61,515 bases of DNA from Octopus sinensis (taxonomy: Eukaryota). How positions within the stretch are numbered: the stretch's first letter is position 1; each line of letters starts with the position of its first letter. The notes below the pieces were generated by a model, which had not been told where the DNA came from, searched no databases, and saw only the letters and a list, made by a program, of their open reading frames with translations. A program made the position numbers and the translations under genes. Of the stretch, positions 12,666-26,389 are shown one piece after another. The DNA is taken from contig NW_021833871.1 in NCBI RefSeq assembly GCF_006345805.1, positions 1 through 61,515 of the forward strand, given 5' to 3'.

Positions 12666-13316
12666 GAATATATATATATATAGTATGTACATATACATAT
12701 AATGTGTAATACTCACCTGTGTATGGGGGTATGTATTGTTTAGTCTTAGCCAGCCGTGATAGAGCATACATAAATGTATAACCTTCAAAGCAAACCCAGC
12801 CATAACCATCTCAAATTCTGTTCACGGAGAATGTATACTTAACGGCAAGCTCTGCCTACGTATTCCTTCTCCAATTTTATAAGCACGTAGCCCTGGGATT
12901 CCAGATAGATTTAGGCATTATCTCAAGCTGATCGAGCGAAGCGACCACGTAAAAGCTGAGTAATAACAACTATAAAAATTCACAACGTTAATGCCGGCTC
13001 GCAGAATCTCTACGGCAACCATTATATTTACAAACAAGGATATTCATCAAATTATGATTTTACAAAAAGCTAAAGTACGCGGACCACAGGGTTATGTGCA
13101 AAAGGATGGGAAATTGTGGGAACTAATGTGCATTATCAACAGCAGTTTGATATGCTTGCGTGGTGTAATGTGCAATAACTTTTGCACATGCGATCTTTTA
13201 TGTACGCCATTTTTTTCCTCTCTGTTTTCTCAAACATCCAATTATGAATGCTAATGAGTTATCAAATTAACCTACGAATACATACATACATACATACATC
13301 ATACATACATACATAC

Positions 13317-13367
<51 letters not shown>

Positions 13368-13499
13368 ATGTATGTATATATATATATATATATGTATATC
13401 TATGTATATTTATACATATATATATATATAGATATATATAGAGAGAGATAGATATACATATACAAATATGTATATAACTATATATATACATACATATAT

Positions 13500-13709
13500 A
13501 TATATTTAATGGTTGGTGATGGAAAATGCAATAATAAGGGGCAATGTGATGTTAATGAATATGATAATGATGTCGATGATGATGATGATGGCAATTATAA
13601 TAATATTAACAACAACGATATTAAAAATGACAGTAACAAAAGCAATATGAGAAAGGAAATTTCATCGTGTATTCCACAAACCATGCACCAGGAAGTTAAT
13701 AATGATAGA

Positions 13710-13780
<71 letters not shown>

Positions 13781-14124
13781 AAATGTTAAGAACGATAATG
13801 ATAATCATAATAACATCATCGTCATCATAATTGTTGTCCTCCCTCATCCTTCGCCCTGCTGGAAATTAAATGGAATTACCACGACCACCAGCACCACCAC
13901 CATCATCTTCATCATCATCACCATCATCTTCATCATCATCATCATCATCATCATCACATCACCGTCATCATCACCATCATCGTCGTCGTCGACATCATCA
14001 TCATCATCATCATATCATTATTCTTATTATTATTATCATTCTTCTTTTCTTCTTCTTCTTATTATTATCATTCTTCTTTTCTTCTTATTATTAATCATTG
14101 TTATCATTATTATTATTATTATTA

Positions 14125-14160
<36 letters not shown>

Positions 14161-14199
14161 CATTATTATTATTATTATTAATTTATTATTATTATTATA

Positions 14200-14242
<43 letters not shown>

Positions 14243-14250
14243 CATTATTA

Positions 14251-14282
<32 letters not shown>

Positions 14283-14636
14283 TTATTATTATTTTATTAT
14301 TTTATTATTATTATTGGTGAAGGCCACTTGGAACAGCGCTCGTAAATAATACAGCTTCTGGTTATGATATAATTACTTGCAAAAAGAACGGTGATGATAA
14401 CGTTCACGACAATGATGATGATGATCATCATTATGATGATGATGGCGTAGGTGGTGATGATCGTGATGATGATGTTGATGATGGTAGTGATGACGATGAC
14501 GACAACGACCGTGATAATTTTGTCAACGAAGATAGAGAATATGACGACCTCGACGACGACGACAACGAAAACAACGTCGATTATGATGACGGTGATGATA
14601 ATGATGACAACGATGACAGCAACGACGACGATTGAT

Positions 14637-14667
<31 letters not shown>

Positions 14668-15420
14668 ACAGCATTCAGAATGAAGAGTGGAATTAATGTC
14701 AAGTGATGATGAAGACGATGGCGGAGATGAGAATGGCGAAGACGATGGCGATAAGGATATTGTTTTTTTCTTCCAGTTGGAGGAGGTGATGTCAATGACG
14801 ACACCGATGATGATGATGCTGCTACTGATGATGATGATGATGATGAAGAATTTGATGATGATGATGATGATGACGATGATGATGATGATGATGAGGAGGA
14901 GGAGGAGGAGGTGGAGGATGATGATGATGATGATGAGGATGATCATGATCATGATCGTGATGACGATGATGATGAAGATGATGACGATGGTGATGATTAT
15001 GATGATGATGAGGATGATGATGAAGTTGATGACGACGATGATGATGATGAGGAGGATGTGGATGATGACGATGATGATGATGATGATGATAATGATGATG
15101 ATGATGATGGTGAGGGTGATGATGATGATGATGATGATGATGATGACGATGGTGATGACGATGGTAATGATGACGATGGTAATGATGACGATGATGACGA
15201 TGGTAATGATAATGAGGATGATGATGATGAGGAGGAGGATGATGAGGATGATGATGAGGATGATGACGATGATAATGATAATGATGATGATAATGATGAT
15301 GATGACGCTGATGACGATGATGATGACGATAGTGATGATGATGATGATGATGACGACGATGATGATGATGACGACGATGATGATGATGACGATGATGATG
15401 ATGACGATGACGATAATGCA
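13500..15420. repeat. Compound trinucleotide array: (AAT)n, (CAT)n, (ATT)n, then ~1 kb (GAT/GAC)n
   Basis: Read directly. It generates the poly-N/I/H/M/D ORFs in the track. Confidence 0.95.
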
Positions 15421-15599
15421 GCTGTAAAGCATTATTCATTATTCGGGAGATGGATCGTTTAACTCATCGTTAATATTTCGATAACAAAGCTATAACAATT
15501 GTTTATGAAGCTCCCTTGACTACATCTACCACCACCACTACCGCTAATCCCACCCCTCCCTCAATCTCTTACTCTCTCTCTTTTCCTGTCTTTCTGTCT

Positions 15600-15642
<43 letters not shown>

Positions 15643-15971
15643 TCGCTCTCTCTGGTTTCTCAAACACTTCTGCCTTTTTAAATATTTCTCAGCCTCTGTA
15701 TTTTTCGCCACCCACACATCTCATTTCGCATTTTTCTATTACATCCACCCTTTCTATTTCTATTCCTGTACTCCCCCTCTCTCTCTTTAATATTTATATA
15801 TATGTGTGTATGTATGTGTGAGCGTGTGTATGCGTGCACGCATATATATATATATATATATATATATACTGATATACATACATATATATATATATTAATA
15901 TGGATATATAAATACAATTCCATACACATACATATATATATATATATACAATTAAATACATACATATACAT

Positions 15972-16008
<37 letters not shown>

Positions 16009-16652
16009 TCTATATGCATACTTATACACACACCATATATATATATATATATATATATACAATTCTATATACATACTATAACATACACACCACACATAAT
16101 ATATATATATATATTATACATATGTTTATATACATCACCACACACACACATATATATTTATATATATATATATGTATATATATATATTTATATATATATA
16201 TTTATAAACATAATATGCTCATAACATGGCCCTTCCAAACCATCTTAAACCAACAATCCAATGAAAATGAAGATGCAATATCGTCGATAGAGGGAAAATA
16301 GAATTACAATAAACAAATATACACTCACCAAATACAAAAAAATCAAACAAACACATAAGACCCCATAAATAAACACACACGCACACAAACAAACAAACAA
16401 ACAAGGAAATATATAAATAAATAATAATATAATAAATATATAATGGCAATCACGAAAATTCGAATCACTTCAGAACGTAATTCCTACCCCATTGTGGCTG
16501 TTTACCCTAAACTTATCAAATGCCGTTCAAACAACCAAAAGATTCATTAAATTTCTTAATGTTTGCTAATAACATTTAATGTTGCCTTTCGTTGTGTTCA
16601 ATTCTTGCTGTTGCGGCTGTTGTTGATACTGCTGCTGTTGTTGTTGTTGTTG

Positions 16653-16726
<74 letters not shown>

Positions 16727-16756
16727 ATATTATTATTATTATTATTATTAATTATT

Positions 16757-17030
16757 CAGTAGTTTTTTTTTTTTATTTTTATAGCGTTCTTCACTTCACT
16801 ACCGAGCGCAGCTCTGTGTGCCTTGGGTATGTGCTGTGATTTGTTGTGATGCTCTGATGTTATTGTATGGAAAGTGTTCTCGTAGGATGTGTGCAGTTCG
16901 AGTAGTGCAATTTTCTGTATGTTAATGTGTTTGTAAGTCCTGGTGTTTTTGTTATGTATTGTCTTGATATTTTTTTATCATGCCTAATGCACCTACTATT
17001 GAATAGGAATTATTTCTGTTTCAGTATTAC
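16757..17030 (-). mobile_element. R4/Dong 3' end (C-terminus and 3' UTR) embedded in (ATT)n
   Basis: Reverse complement matches 4925-5199 (gtaggtgcattaggcatgataaaaaa...ctcggtagtgaagtgaa...aaactactg). (ATT)n lies on both sides. Confidence 0.85.
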
Positions 17031-17553
17031 TTCAAGTTTGTTATTATTATTATTATTATTACTATATTATTATTATTATTATTGTTATTATTATTATTAT
17101 TATTATTATATTATTATATTATTATTTTATTATTATTTTGTTATTATTACTATTATTATTATTATTATCATTATCATCATTATTATTATTACTATTATTA
17201 TTATTCTTATTATTATTATTTTATCATCATTATTATTATTATTATTATTATTATTGTTATTACTATCGTCATTATTGTTATGTTTGTTATTATTATTATT
17301 ATGATTGTTATTGTTATTATTATCTTCATTATTATTATATTTGTTCTTGTTGTTGTTGTTGTTATTATTATTATTATTATCATTATTATTATCATTGCTC
17401 TTGTTATTATTGTTATCCATAGTTGTGTTGGTGGCGGAGGCGGCATTAATATTATAATGTTATTATTGTTAAGGTCTGTTGTTATTAATGCAATTACTTG
17501 TATTTTAATTATTATTTCATATTATTCTATCTACCGTTTCGAATTTTCCATCC

Positions 17554-17603
<50 letters not shown>

Positions 17604-17604
17604 A

Positions 17605-17648
<44 letters not shown>

Positions 17649-17800
17649 AATCTATCTGTCTATCTATCTATCTATCTACCTACCTACCTACCTACCTACC
17701 TAGCTATCTATATATCTATCTATCTATCTATCTATCTATTAATTTATATATGTGTGTGTAGAGAGAGGTAGAGAATGAGAAATAGGAAGGATTATGTATA

Positions 17801-17832
<32 letters not shown>

Positions 17833-17845
17833 CATATATATATAT

Positions 17846-18600
17846 CCTTAAAAAATCCTTTAAAATGTTTTAACCCGAAGGCCGCGGCCATGCTGGGGCA
17901 CCACCGCTGAATGAGCTACACTAGTTTGTGAATCCACCTCTGATACGTGGCACTTGATCAACAAGGGAGTTCGATGCTGCTGCCCGCATCCGTGTCTCCT
18001 GTCGTGAGGTAGGTTCATCTGGGACTCCCAACAAGAAGAGATGCAGTTTAGTTTTAAAGAAACCCACATCCACACCATGTAAGTCTCTCAGGCATTTAGG
18101 GAGGATGTTAAAGAGCTGTGGTCCTCTGAAACCCAAGCTGTTGCAGTATCTGGACCTGTATTTTGATGGTGATGTTGGAATCCTTGGCACCACACAGCGG
18201 CGCCCCGTTCTGCGGTTGGAGTAACTTTGAATGCCAAAGTTTGGGACAAGGCCCTCCAGGATTTTCCAGATGTATATCACTGCATATCTCTCCCGCCTCC
18301 GCTCCAGGGAGAAGAGGTTTAATACCTTCAGTCTTTCCCAGTAGCTGACATTTTGCATTGAGACGATTTTTTTGTGTAGCTTCTCTGAGTTGCTTCGAGT
18401 TCTGCTGTTTTGTTTTATATTGTGTGGTGACCAAAGTTGGGAGAGTAGTCCAAGCGGCTGAGGACAAATGTTTTCCATAGGACCATCAGTGTCTCCTTCT
18501 CTCTTGTTCTGAAAGTTCGGAGAATCCATCCAGCTAGCCGTCTGCATTTTATCACAGATTAGCAATATGCATTGGAAAGATGCATCATTGGAAAGATGCA
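17846..18600 (-). mobile_element. CR1/L2-type LINE, 5'-truncated: RT C-terminal region and 3' UTR
   Basis: RLAGWILRTFRTREKETLMVLWKTFVLSRLDYSSQLWSPH (one frame), then VSYWERLKVLNLFSLERRRERYAVIYIWKILEGLVPN...RYCNSLGFRGPQLFNILP (ORF 17921..18601). 3' tail gcggtggtgccccagcatggccgcgg. Confidence 0.9.
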
Positions 18601-18604
18601 TATA

Positions 18605-18669
<65 letters not shown>

Positions 18670-19085
18670 TATATGCCGTACAGCCATCCATCAATGAATA
18701 GGTACATGCATGTATTTGTTTGCCTGTGTATGTGTGTGCGTGCGCGCGCATTGCCATTTTACCCTGTCGTTTAAAAGTTTAAAAGTATTCAGTTCGATAT
18801 GGTTTAGCATTGTAAATTAAATTGTGCTTTCTACGTACAGAAATATATGCATATTTAGTATAATTCTTTATATATACTATGTATGCGTATATATGTTTCC
18901 ACTGTGGTATGTATACGTATATATATATGCACATGTATGTATGCATGAATGCATGTATGAATGTATGTGAGTCTGTGTATATATATATATATATAATATA
19001 TATATATGTGTGTGGTGTGTGTGTGCCTGTATATATATATGTGTGTGTGTGTGGTGTGTGTGTGTGTGCGTGTATGTGTGTGTAA

Positions 19086-19127
<42 letters not shown>

Positions 19128-19151
19128 TATATATATATATAAATATATATA

Positions 19152-19545
19152 TTCTTTCATTATTTTAGTTGTTTCAGTCATTTTGACTATGGCATTGCTG
19201 GAGCACCGCCTATAATCGAGCAAATGGACCCTAGGACCTATTCTTTTTAAGCCTAGTACTTATTCTATGAGTCGCTTTGCCGAACGAACCGCCAGGTTTC
19301 GGGGACGTACACACATCAGTATCGGTTGTCAAGCTATGGTAGAAGGGACACACACACAAACATATACACAAATACACACGCGCACACACACATATATTTA
19401 TATACATATATACAACAGTCTTCTTTCACTTTCTGTCTACGAAATCTACTCACAAAGCATTTGTCAGCCCGAGGCCATTGTAGAAGATACTTGACCAAAG
19501 TGCCACGCAGTGGGACTGAACTCGGGGCCATGTGGTTGGTGCATA
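19152..19545 (-). mobile_element. SINE family B, diverged, near full length
   Basis: Tail gttgtttcagtcattttgactatggcattgctggagcaccgcc through head ccacgcagtgggactgaactcggggccatgtggttgg. Confidence 0.85.
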
Positions 19546-19547
19546 AA

Positions 19548-19587
<40 letters not shown>

Positions 19588-19801
19588 CCCATGTGTGTGC
19601 GCGTGTGTGTGTATGTAAAAACATACTCAACTACATTTATAAATACTGAATGTTAATTTTCGCCATAACATGTATGAGAATGAATGGAAAATTCTCTGTG
19701 TATAAATACACATAACTACACCCCCACCCACCAAATTTATATTTATATACATACATGTGTGTATGACAGTTTTCTGTTCGTGCGTGCGTGCATATATATA
19801 G

Positions 19802-19890
<89 letters not shown>

Positions 19891-21077
19891 TATATGTATA
19901 TATATATATATATGTATGTATGTGTCTGTGTGTTTGTCTATGTATATATGCATGTATGAATGTATGTATTTAACTGAATGATTTTTTTTATAATCAGGAT
20001 ACATTTAAAAACCTTATAAATAGCTAAGGTTATCATTCATCAAAGAACCTCTATCAAATATTAAAAGCGGGATTTATACACAAAAGATGCAAAACTAGAA
20101 AAAAGCAAATGTTGTACAGCTCGTGTTCTAACTCCATAATTTTCTCCGCGTTATTCCTATTATTACGCCTACTCAATCCTGATTTTTATTGAGATATTCC
20201 CAGTGTATTACCTTGTTGCATATTTCAATCATGTTGTCTTGTTCACAGGGCTGTCTTATTACATGTGCACACTGGACCGTCCTCGAGTTGCCCCACGGCC
20301 CTGGTCTACACAATTCCGACCTATTTTGTGGATTGCTGTCACTCAATAAAAACTATAGTACATTGGCTTGCCCAAGTCCACCACGGATCTTGGGTGCCTA
20401 ATTCAGTGCTACGTACACAATGACTTGCTCTGAATAAATAAATGCTATAGGTAAACAGCACTGATTTGCTCATGTTTGTTGCGGTTTTGCTCTCATAATA
20501 TAAATGATATCAGCCCATTGCATTGATTTGCCCAGGGATCCTCACGGCTTTTGGGGCCCAATTCAGACTTATGTTATATAGCTTGCTGTCAATATATAAA
20601 TACTACAGAACCAGTGGATTGATTTGCACGAGGCCCTACAATCCTCCAGAAGCAGTTAAATGTGTTCATATTTTAAGTCGGTGGTATGATTATTACGTGC
20701 CCTCCTTTAATCCCTTATTTCCATTTCTTAATCCACCAACGTGATGCACGATGACTAAGTCGAGAGACAGATTCCGTCCACCAATTTGAACGCCATTTGT
20801 GTTGGCAAATACGATATCCTTTTATCCTATGAATTTACATTTCAGACTACCCTCTCAAAAAGTACAAAAGCTCAGGGTTTAGTGCGAGTATAAAATCATA
20901 ACCTTGAGGCCTGCATTCTTTAGCCTGGGTCATGTTTTAAGTTTAGTTTTTAGTTTAGTGTCTGACGATAGGTCTCAAATTGAGCGGATATTAATGAGAG
21001 TATCATAATTTTACTCTTTTGATGCGAAGAAAACAAACTTTTAAAAGTGGTGACAGATTCACTCTCATTTATCGTTT

Positions 21078-21434
21078 TCTTTTCTCTCTTGCGTCACTCA
21101 TTCGACTGCGGCCATGCTGGAGCACAACCTTGAATGATTTCATCTAAACGAATCGACCTGAGTAATTTTTAACCGCTGGTCCTTATTTTACTCGTCTCTT
21201 TCGCCGAAATGCGCAAAAAATTCAACACCGAATCTCAAGTAGTGCTGGAGAACAATCACACACTCAATGACACAATCACACAAACGTGTATATATATGGC
21301 GGGCATCTTTCAATTTCCGTCCAAGTAAATCCACTAAAAATGCTTTCTTCGGTTTGAAACTATAGGAGACAACACTAACTCAAGTTGCCCTCTATTGGGA
21401 CTGATCCCAGAACTATGAGGCAGGGAAGCAAACT
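21078..21434 (-). mobile_element. Old SINE family B copy
   Basis: ttcgactgcggccatgctggagcac at the tail end; cttcaatttccgtccaagtaaatccact and gggactgatcccagaactatg toward the head. Confidence 0.6.
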
Positions 21435-21890
21435 AAAAGTCATCTAAAAGTCAACAGCTCAATTGGCCCAAAATCTGTTAACCTTCGCTTCGTCTTATAC
21501 ACCCAGTCAACTTATTCCTCGACCAATACAGTAAATCCTAAAGAGAGACGGCCGCCATTTATGTCATGAATACCTTAATGGTTTGCTTTGTACTCAGTCC
21601 GAATGTAAATTGCTTTATGGCAAAGGACTTCTTTTATGTTGATTGACATATATAAGACATAGAATGGTTGTTATTTTTCAACATATTTATTCCCTTTATT
21701 GATATTGAACAACCGAATTGGTCGGACTATAGAAAATGAAGAGAAAGCCGAAAATATCTAGAAATTTTAAGCATATTTCTTAGTTAATGTTTAATAGTTA
21801 AACGTTTATGTTTGAGATCTTATTTTCGAGTATATAACGAGTATCCAGCGAGAGATAAGGGGGAGTGAGTAAGATAGATAGATAGATAGG

Positions 21891-21956
<66 letters not shown>

Positions 21957-21971
21957 CACAGACAGACACAC

Positions 21972-22426
<455 letters not shown>

Positions 22427-23573
22427 GGAGAGAGAGAGAAAGAGAGCGAAAGAAACAGGAAGGGGAAGAAGGTAGGAGAGAAAGAATAACAGGGAGGGTG
22501 AATAGATATGAGAAAATGATGCATGAAGAATGCTGTTTAGCGTTTGAAATTTGTAAGTGAGAGAAATGGTGAGATGTGAATAGGAGAGACGGTGTTACGT
22601 GAGGAACAAAGCCCCGTCCCTAACTACTAGAAACGCTATAGAAATGGTGAGAAGCCTTTTGGTATTAATTTATAAAGTCTCAAAGGACAGCAAAAACGGC
22701 GTGGATGCGCCTACATAGTAACGTCTCCATTAATTGAAAAGCAAAAAGAAAAATATGGCTGCCATACTTATGTCTACGTACGTAACAAAAGGCTTCTTTG
22801 ATTACTGGAAATGACAATGTGTTAGTTACGTCAATTTAGGCGAATTTGCAAATTTTCTTTCATCTTTTCTATCCAAAAGCGCGAGAGTTAGCGATTGGAT
22901 ATGATATAAATGGCGTCAAAGATTAACACACGTCTTGACGCTATTTCTATCAGAACTGATCGAGATCAGAAAGATTTAAGGGAATAGATAGTTATCCACT
23001 ACAAGTACATTCTTGTGCCTTATTATTGGGGATAAAAGGGATAGATTGTCGAACCGCTAGGGATTCATTTGAAATTTAAACCAATCCTTAGTGTGAAGAG
23101 ATTGCCGTCGGTAAAATATTTATCTCTAGGTTTGAGATAAACGCTTTAAAGTACATTTGTTTAACCATAATTCGGGCGGTGTGCGTGTCAATATGATGGA
23201 GTATATCCCACTTTTATGCATCTGGTCTTGTGCAAATAGCTAGAAATTATTATTATTGGCACAATGGCCTAATTGCTAGAAGATCGGAAAAAACTGCCTA
23301 ATGGTATTTCTTCTGGCTCTTTTCGTATTCAGTTGAAATTTTAGTTGGGAGAAATTTTCCCTTTCATAAGAATAGTTACAAATCGCATCCGATGATATTT
23401 TCTCTCGAGTAGAAATATTGATTAGGTACAGCACATAAAGATCTTTGCAAGATTTACTAACATAATCCTACCACAGCTCTATGATATGATAGAATATAAT
23501 AAAACGTAACAGAAACTCGCAGCAGGAGAGATTTTCAGAAGAACTGGTATTTATTTTATCGACCCCGAAAGTC

Positions 23574-23782
23574 TGTGACCGCGTGTGTACTGTCAGCGAT
23601 TTTTCTCCTCCGTCTTCCCTTCTTGGGATCTTTCCTTTTCCTATGTTTTTGACGAAGAGCTCCACTCGAAACGTTAGACCCTCCTTCTTTCCTTCTTTCC
23701 TGAGCGTCCAATAACACTATACTTGTTCCACGTCCTCGCGTTGTTGTGTTTTCTCTTTGTGTTTTCATGTTTGGATTGACTT
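23574..23782 (+). mobile_element. Short interspersed repeat (second copy at 61301-61508) carrying a minimal hammerhead-like motif; probable Penelope-like pLTR
   Basis: tgtgaccgcgtgtgtac...cctatgtttttgacgaagagctccactcgaaacgttagaccctcc...catgtttggattgact aligns along its length to the reverse complement of 61301-61508. Ends at a TA/CA microsatellite. Confidence 0.75.
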
Positions 23783-23813
23783 TATATATATACACATACA
23801 TACATACATACAT

Positions 23814-23895
<82 letters not shown>

Positions 23896-23906
23896 TCTTG
23901 TCACCT

Positions 23907-23957
23907 AGCTTCCTGATGATTTCTTTTGAATGAAACAGTTCTAGTCCTGTAGAAGCT
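23907..23957 (+). ncRNA. Type I hammerhead ribozyme (predicted cleavage 3' of A23951, GUA triplet)
   Basis: AGCUUC | CUGAUGA | U UUC UUUU GAA U | GAAA CAG uucuaguc CUG U A | GAAGCU. Intact core, 6-bp stem I (23907-12/23952-57), stem III (A15.1-U16.1 plus 3 bp), 3-bp stem II with a U.U at 10.1/11.1. Confidence 0.75.
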
Positions 23958-24337
23958 CCTTCTATAAAATAAATATATATATATATATATATATCACACA
24001 GTTAATTTCAAGTCTATTTGGACTCAGCATGTAAAGAGCCGGAAAAATACGGTATGATATTTTTATGCGCAATTTTAACGAAAGACCCAATCCTTCAAGC
24101 TGATCAGGTGTGTTGCGTAAGGTGTTAAAGCCATAGGTATTCTTGCATTCTTTTCTAGAATTTGTGTTTGCAATGTGCAATCTTCATTCGAAGATTGCAT
24201 TGCAAAATGTGTTTGGGAGAAAGAGAGTGGATAGAAAAAGGTGGGGAGAAAGAGGGGAGAGAGAGAAAGAGATAGAAAGAAAAGAGAGAAAGGTAACTGC
24301 TGCTTTTAGGGTAAAAGGATGTTTAATATTTTATCGA

Positions 24338-24712
24338 TTACTTGTTTCAGTCATTCGATTCCGGTCATACTGTAACACTGCCTTAAAATATTTCAGTCGA
24401 ACAAACAGATCCAATAAGTTTCATAAATATGGCATGCATTTTATTGCTCTGTTTTGCTGAAGCGCTAAGTTACTGGGGTGTAAACACAACAGGTTGCTAA
24501 GCGGAGTTACTGGGACAGATACAAGCACAAATCCACACACGCACACACACACATATATGCAATGGGGTTCTTTTCAGGTTCCCTCTATCAAATCCTCTCA
24601 CGAGGCTTTGGTCGGTACAAGACGCTCACCCAAGGTGCCACGCAATGGAACTGAACGTGGAGCCATGCAGTTTAGAAACCATGCTTCTTAATACACAACC
24701 ACTCTTGTGCCC
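24338..24712 (-). mobile_element. Old SINE family B copy
   Basis: ttacttgtttcagtcattcga tail; cccaaggtgccacgcaatggaactgaac and acacaaccactcttgtgcc head. Confidence 0.65.
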
Positions 24713-24969
24713 ATTCATGAATATTTTATGCTGTCAAAATGCTTTAAATCGAGATAACGTTAATGGATTGTTCCGATAAAACTATCTGCTGAGGGCTCTC
24801 ACTCAATCTAACTCATTTACATCCAGCTGTAATTATTTCATATAATCAGATTTAACTTTATTACCTCATTAATTAAATTCTATTCACATATATTCGCACC
24901 TTTATGTTGTAGCTTAGCATTTATACGTCTCACCATGAACCGTTAATCCCGTTTTAATTTATCTGCCAC

Positions 24970-25050
<81 letters not shown>

Positions 25051-25055
25051 CACTC

Positions 25056-25175
<120 letters not shown>

Positions 25176-25178
25176 GTA

Positions 25179-25212
<34 letters not shown>

Positions 25213-25261
25213 TCTATCTCTATCTATCTATCTATGTCTGTCTGTTTCTCTCACTATACAT

Positions 25262-25293
<32 letters not shown>

Positions 25294-25719
25294 CACACAG
25301 ATGTATACATATTTTTATATGTGTGTGTGTATGTTTATAAAGATAATACATATACCTAGAAATACACATATGCATACATATGCATATGTGTATATGTATA
25401 TACGAATGCATTTGCACTCACACATAGGCGCACACACAGACACACAGAGACACACACGCATACGCACACGCACACACGCACCCATCTATGAATGTGATAC
25501 TTTAAAAGACAATGTTCATCGTATGTTGGTGCAAATATCTGTATATTAGCAAACATAAACGACTGATTATGCACGGTCTTAACATCTAAACCTGTGCTAT
25601 ATCTATATATCTGTTTATCTATCTATCTATCTATGGCTGTCTGTCTGTCTGTCAGTCAGTCAGTCTGTCTCTTTGTCTGTCTATCTATTTTTCTATTTAT
25701 ATCTCTGTTTGTCTGTCCA

Positions 25720-25792
<73 letters not shown>

Positions 25793-25952
25793 TTATCTAT
25801 CTGTCTGTCTGTCTATCTACCTATCTATCTATCTCTCCGTCTCTGTCTGTCTATCTGTCTGTCTCTCTCTATATATATATATTATATACATATATACATA
25901 TACATATATATATGATATATATATAATATATATATATATTCATACATCATTT

Positions 25953-26000
<48 letters not shown>

Positions 26001-26389
26001 AGTGTATGTATGCATTTAAGTGTTTATTTTACACATGATAATCTTTTCTAGCACAAATAATCCCGCTATTTGCCTTATGAATTAAGTAGTTTCTTGTAAC
26101 GAATTATGAAATCTAATTAGAGATATCAATGGAAATAAATCCATAGCCGAGGATTTTGCTAATGTGGTATTTATCATTATAGGCGATACTGTTGTATTTG
26201 ACGTTGTTGCTCTTATTTCAACGCCAATTAAAGTTGTATATCAGATATATAGCACTACAATTATATGTAAATTGGAATAATGAAATTAATAGGAATTATC
26301 GTATACATTCATACGTGTAGTAACGGCGACCTAATTGCTGGTATACGGACATTCGCTGTTTTGTAAAAATGCATAGAAGACATTAGATA

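Noticed and set aside
13509-15462. Long ORFs of 183-283 aa (poly-I, M, D, H); likewise 17082-17771, 47523-48176, 54258-54898, 55077-56658
   Set aside because: Translations of triplet or purine microsatellites; no domain content or codon complexity.
20245-20720. Possible old Harbinger-like MITE (cagggctgtcttatt, several gggccc-like motifs)
   Set aside because: No matching second terminus or TSD found.
24167-24206. Small hairpins (24167-24206; 1836-1870; about 60403-60420)
   Set aside because: Stems of 7-11 bp are expected by chance in AT-rich DNA, and no context supports a function.
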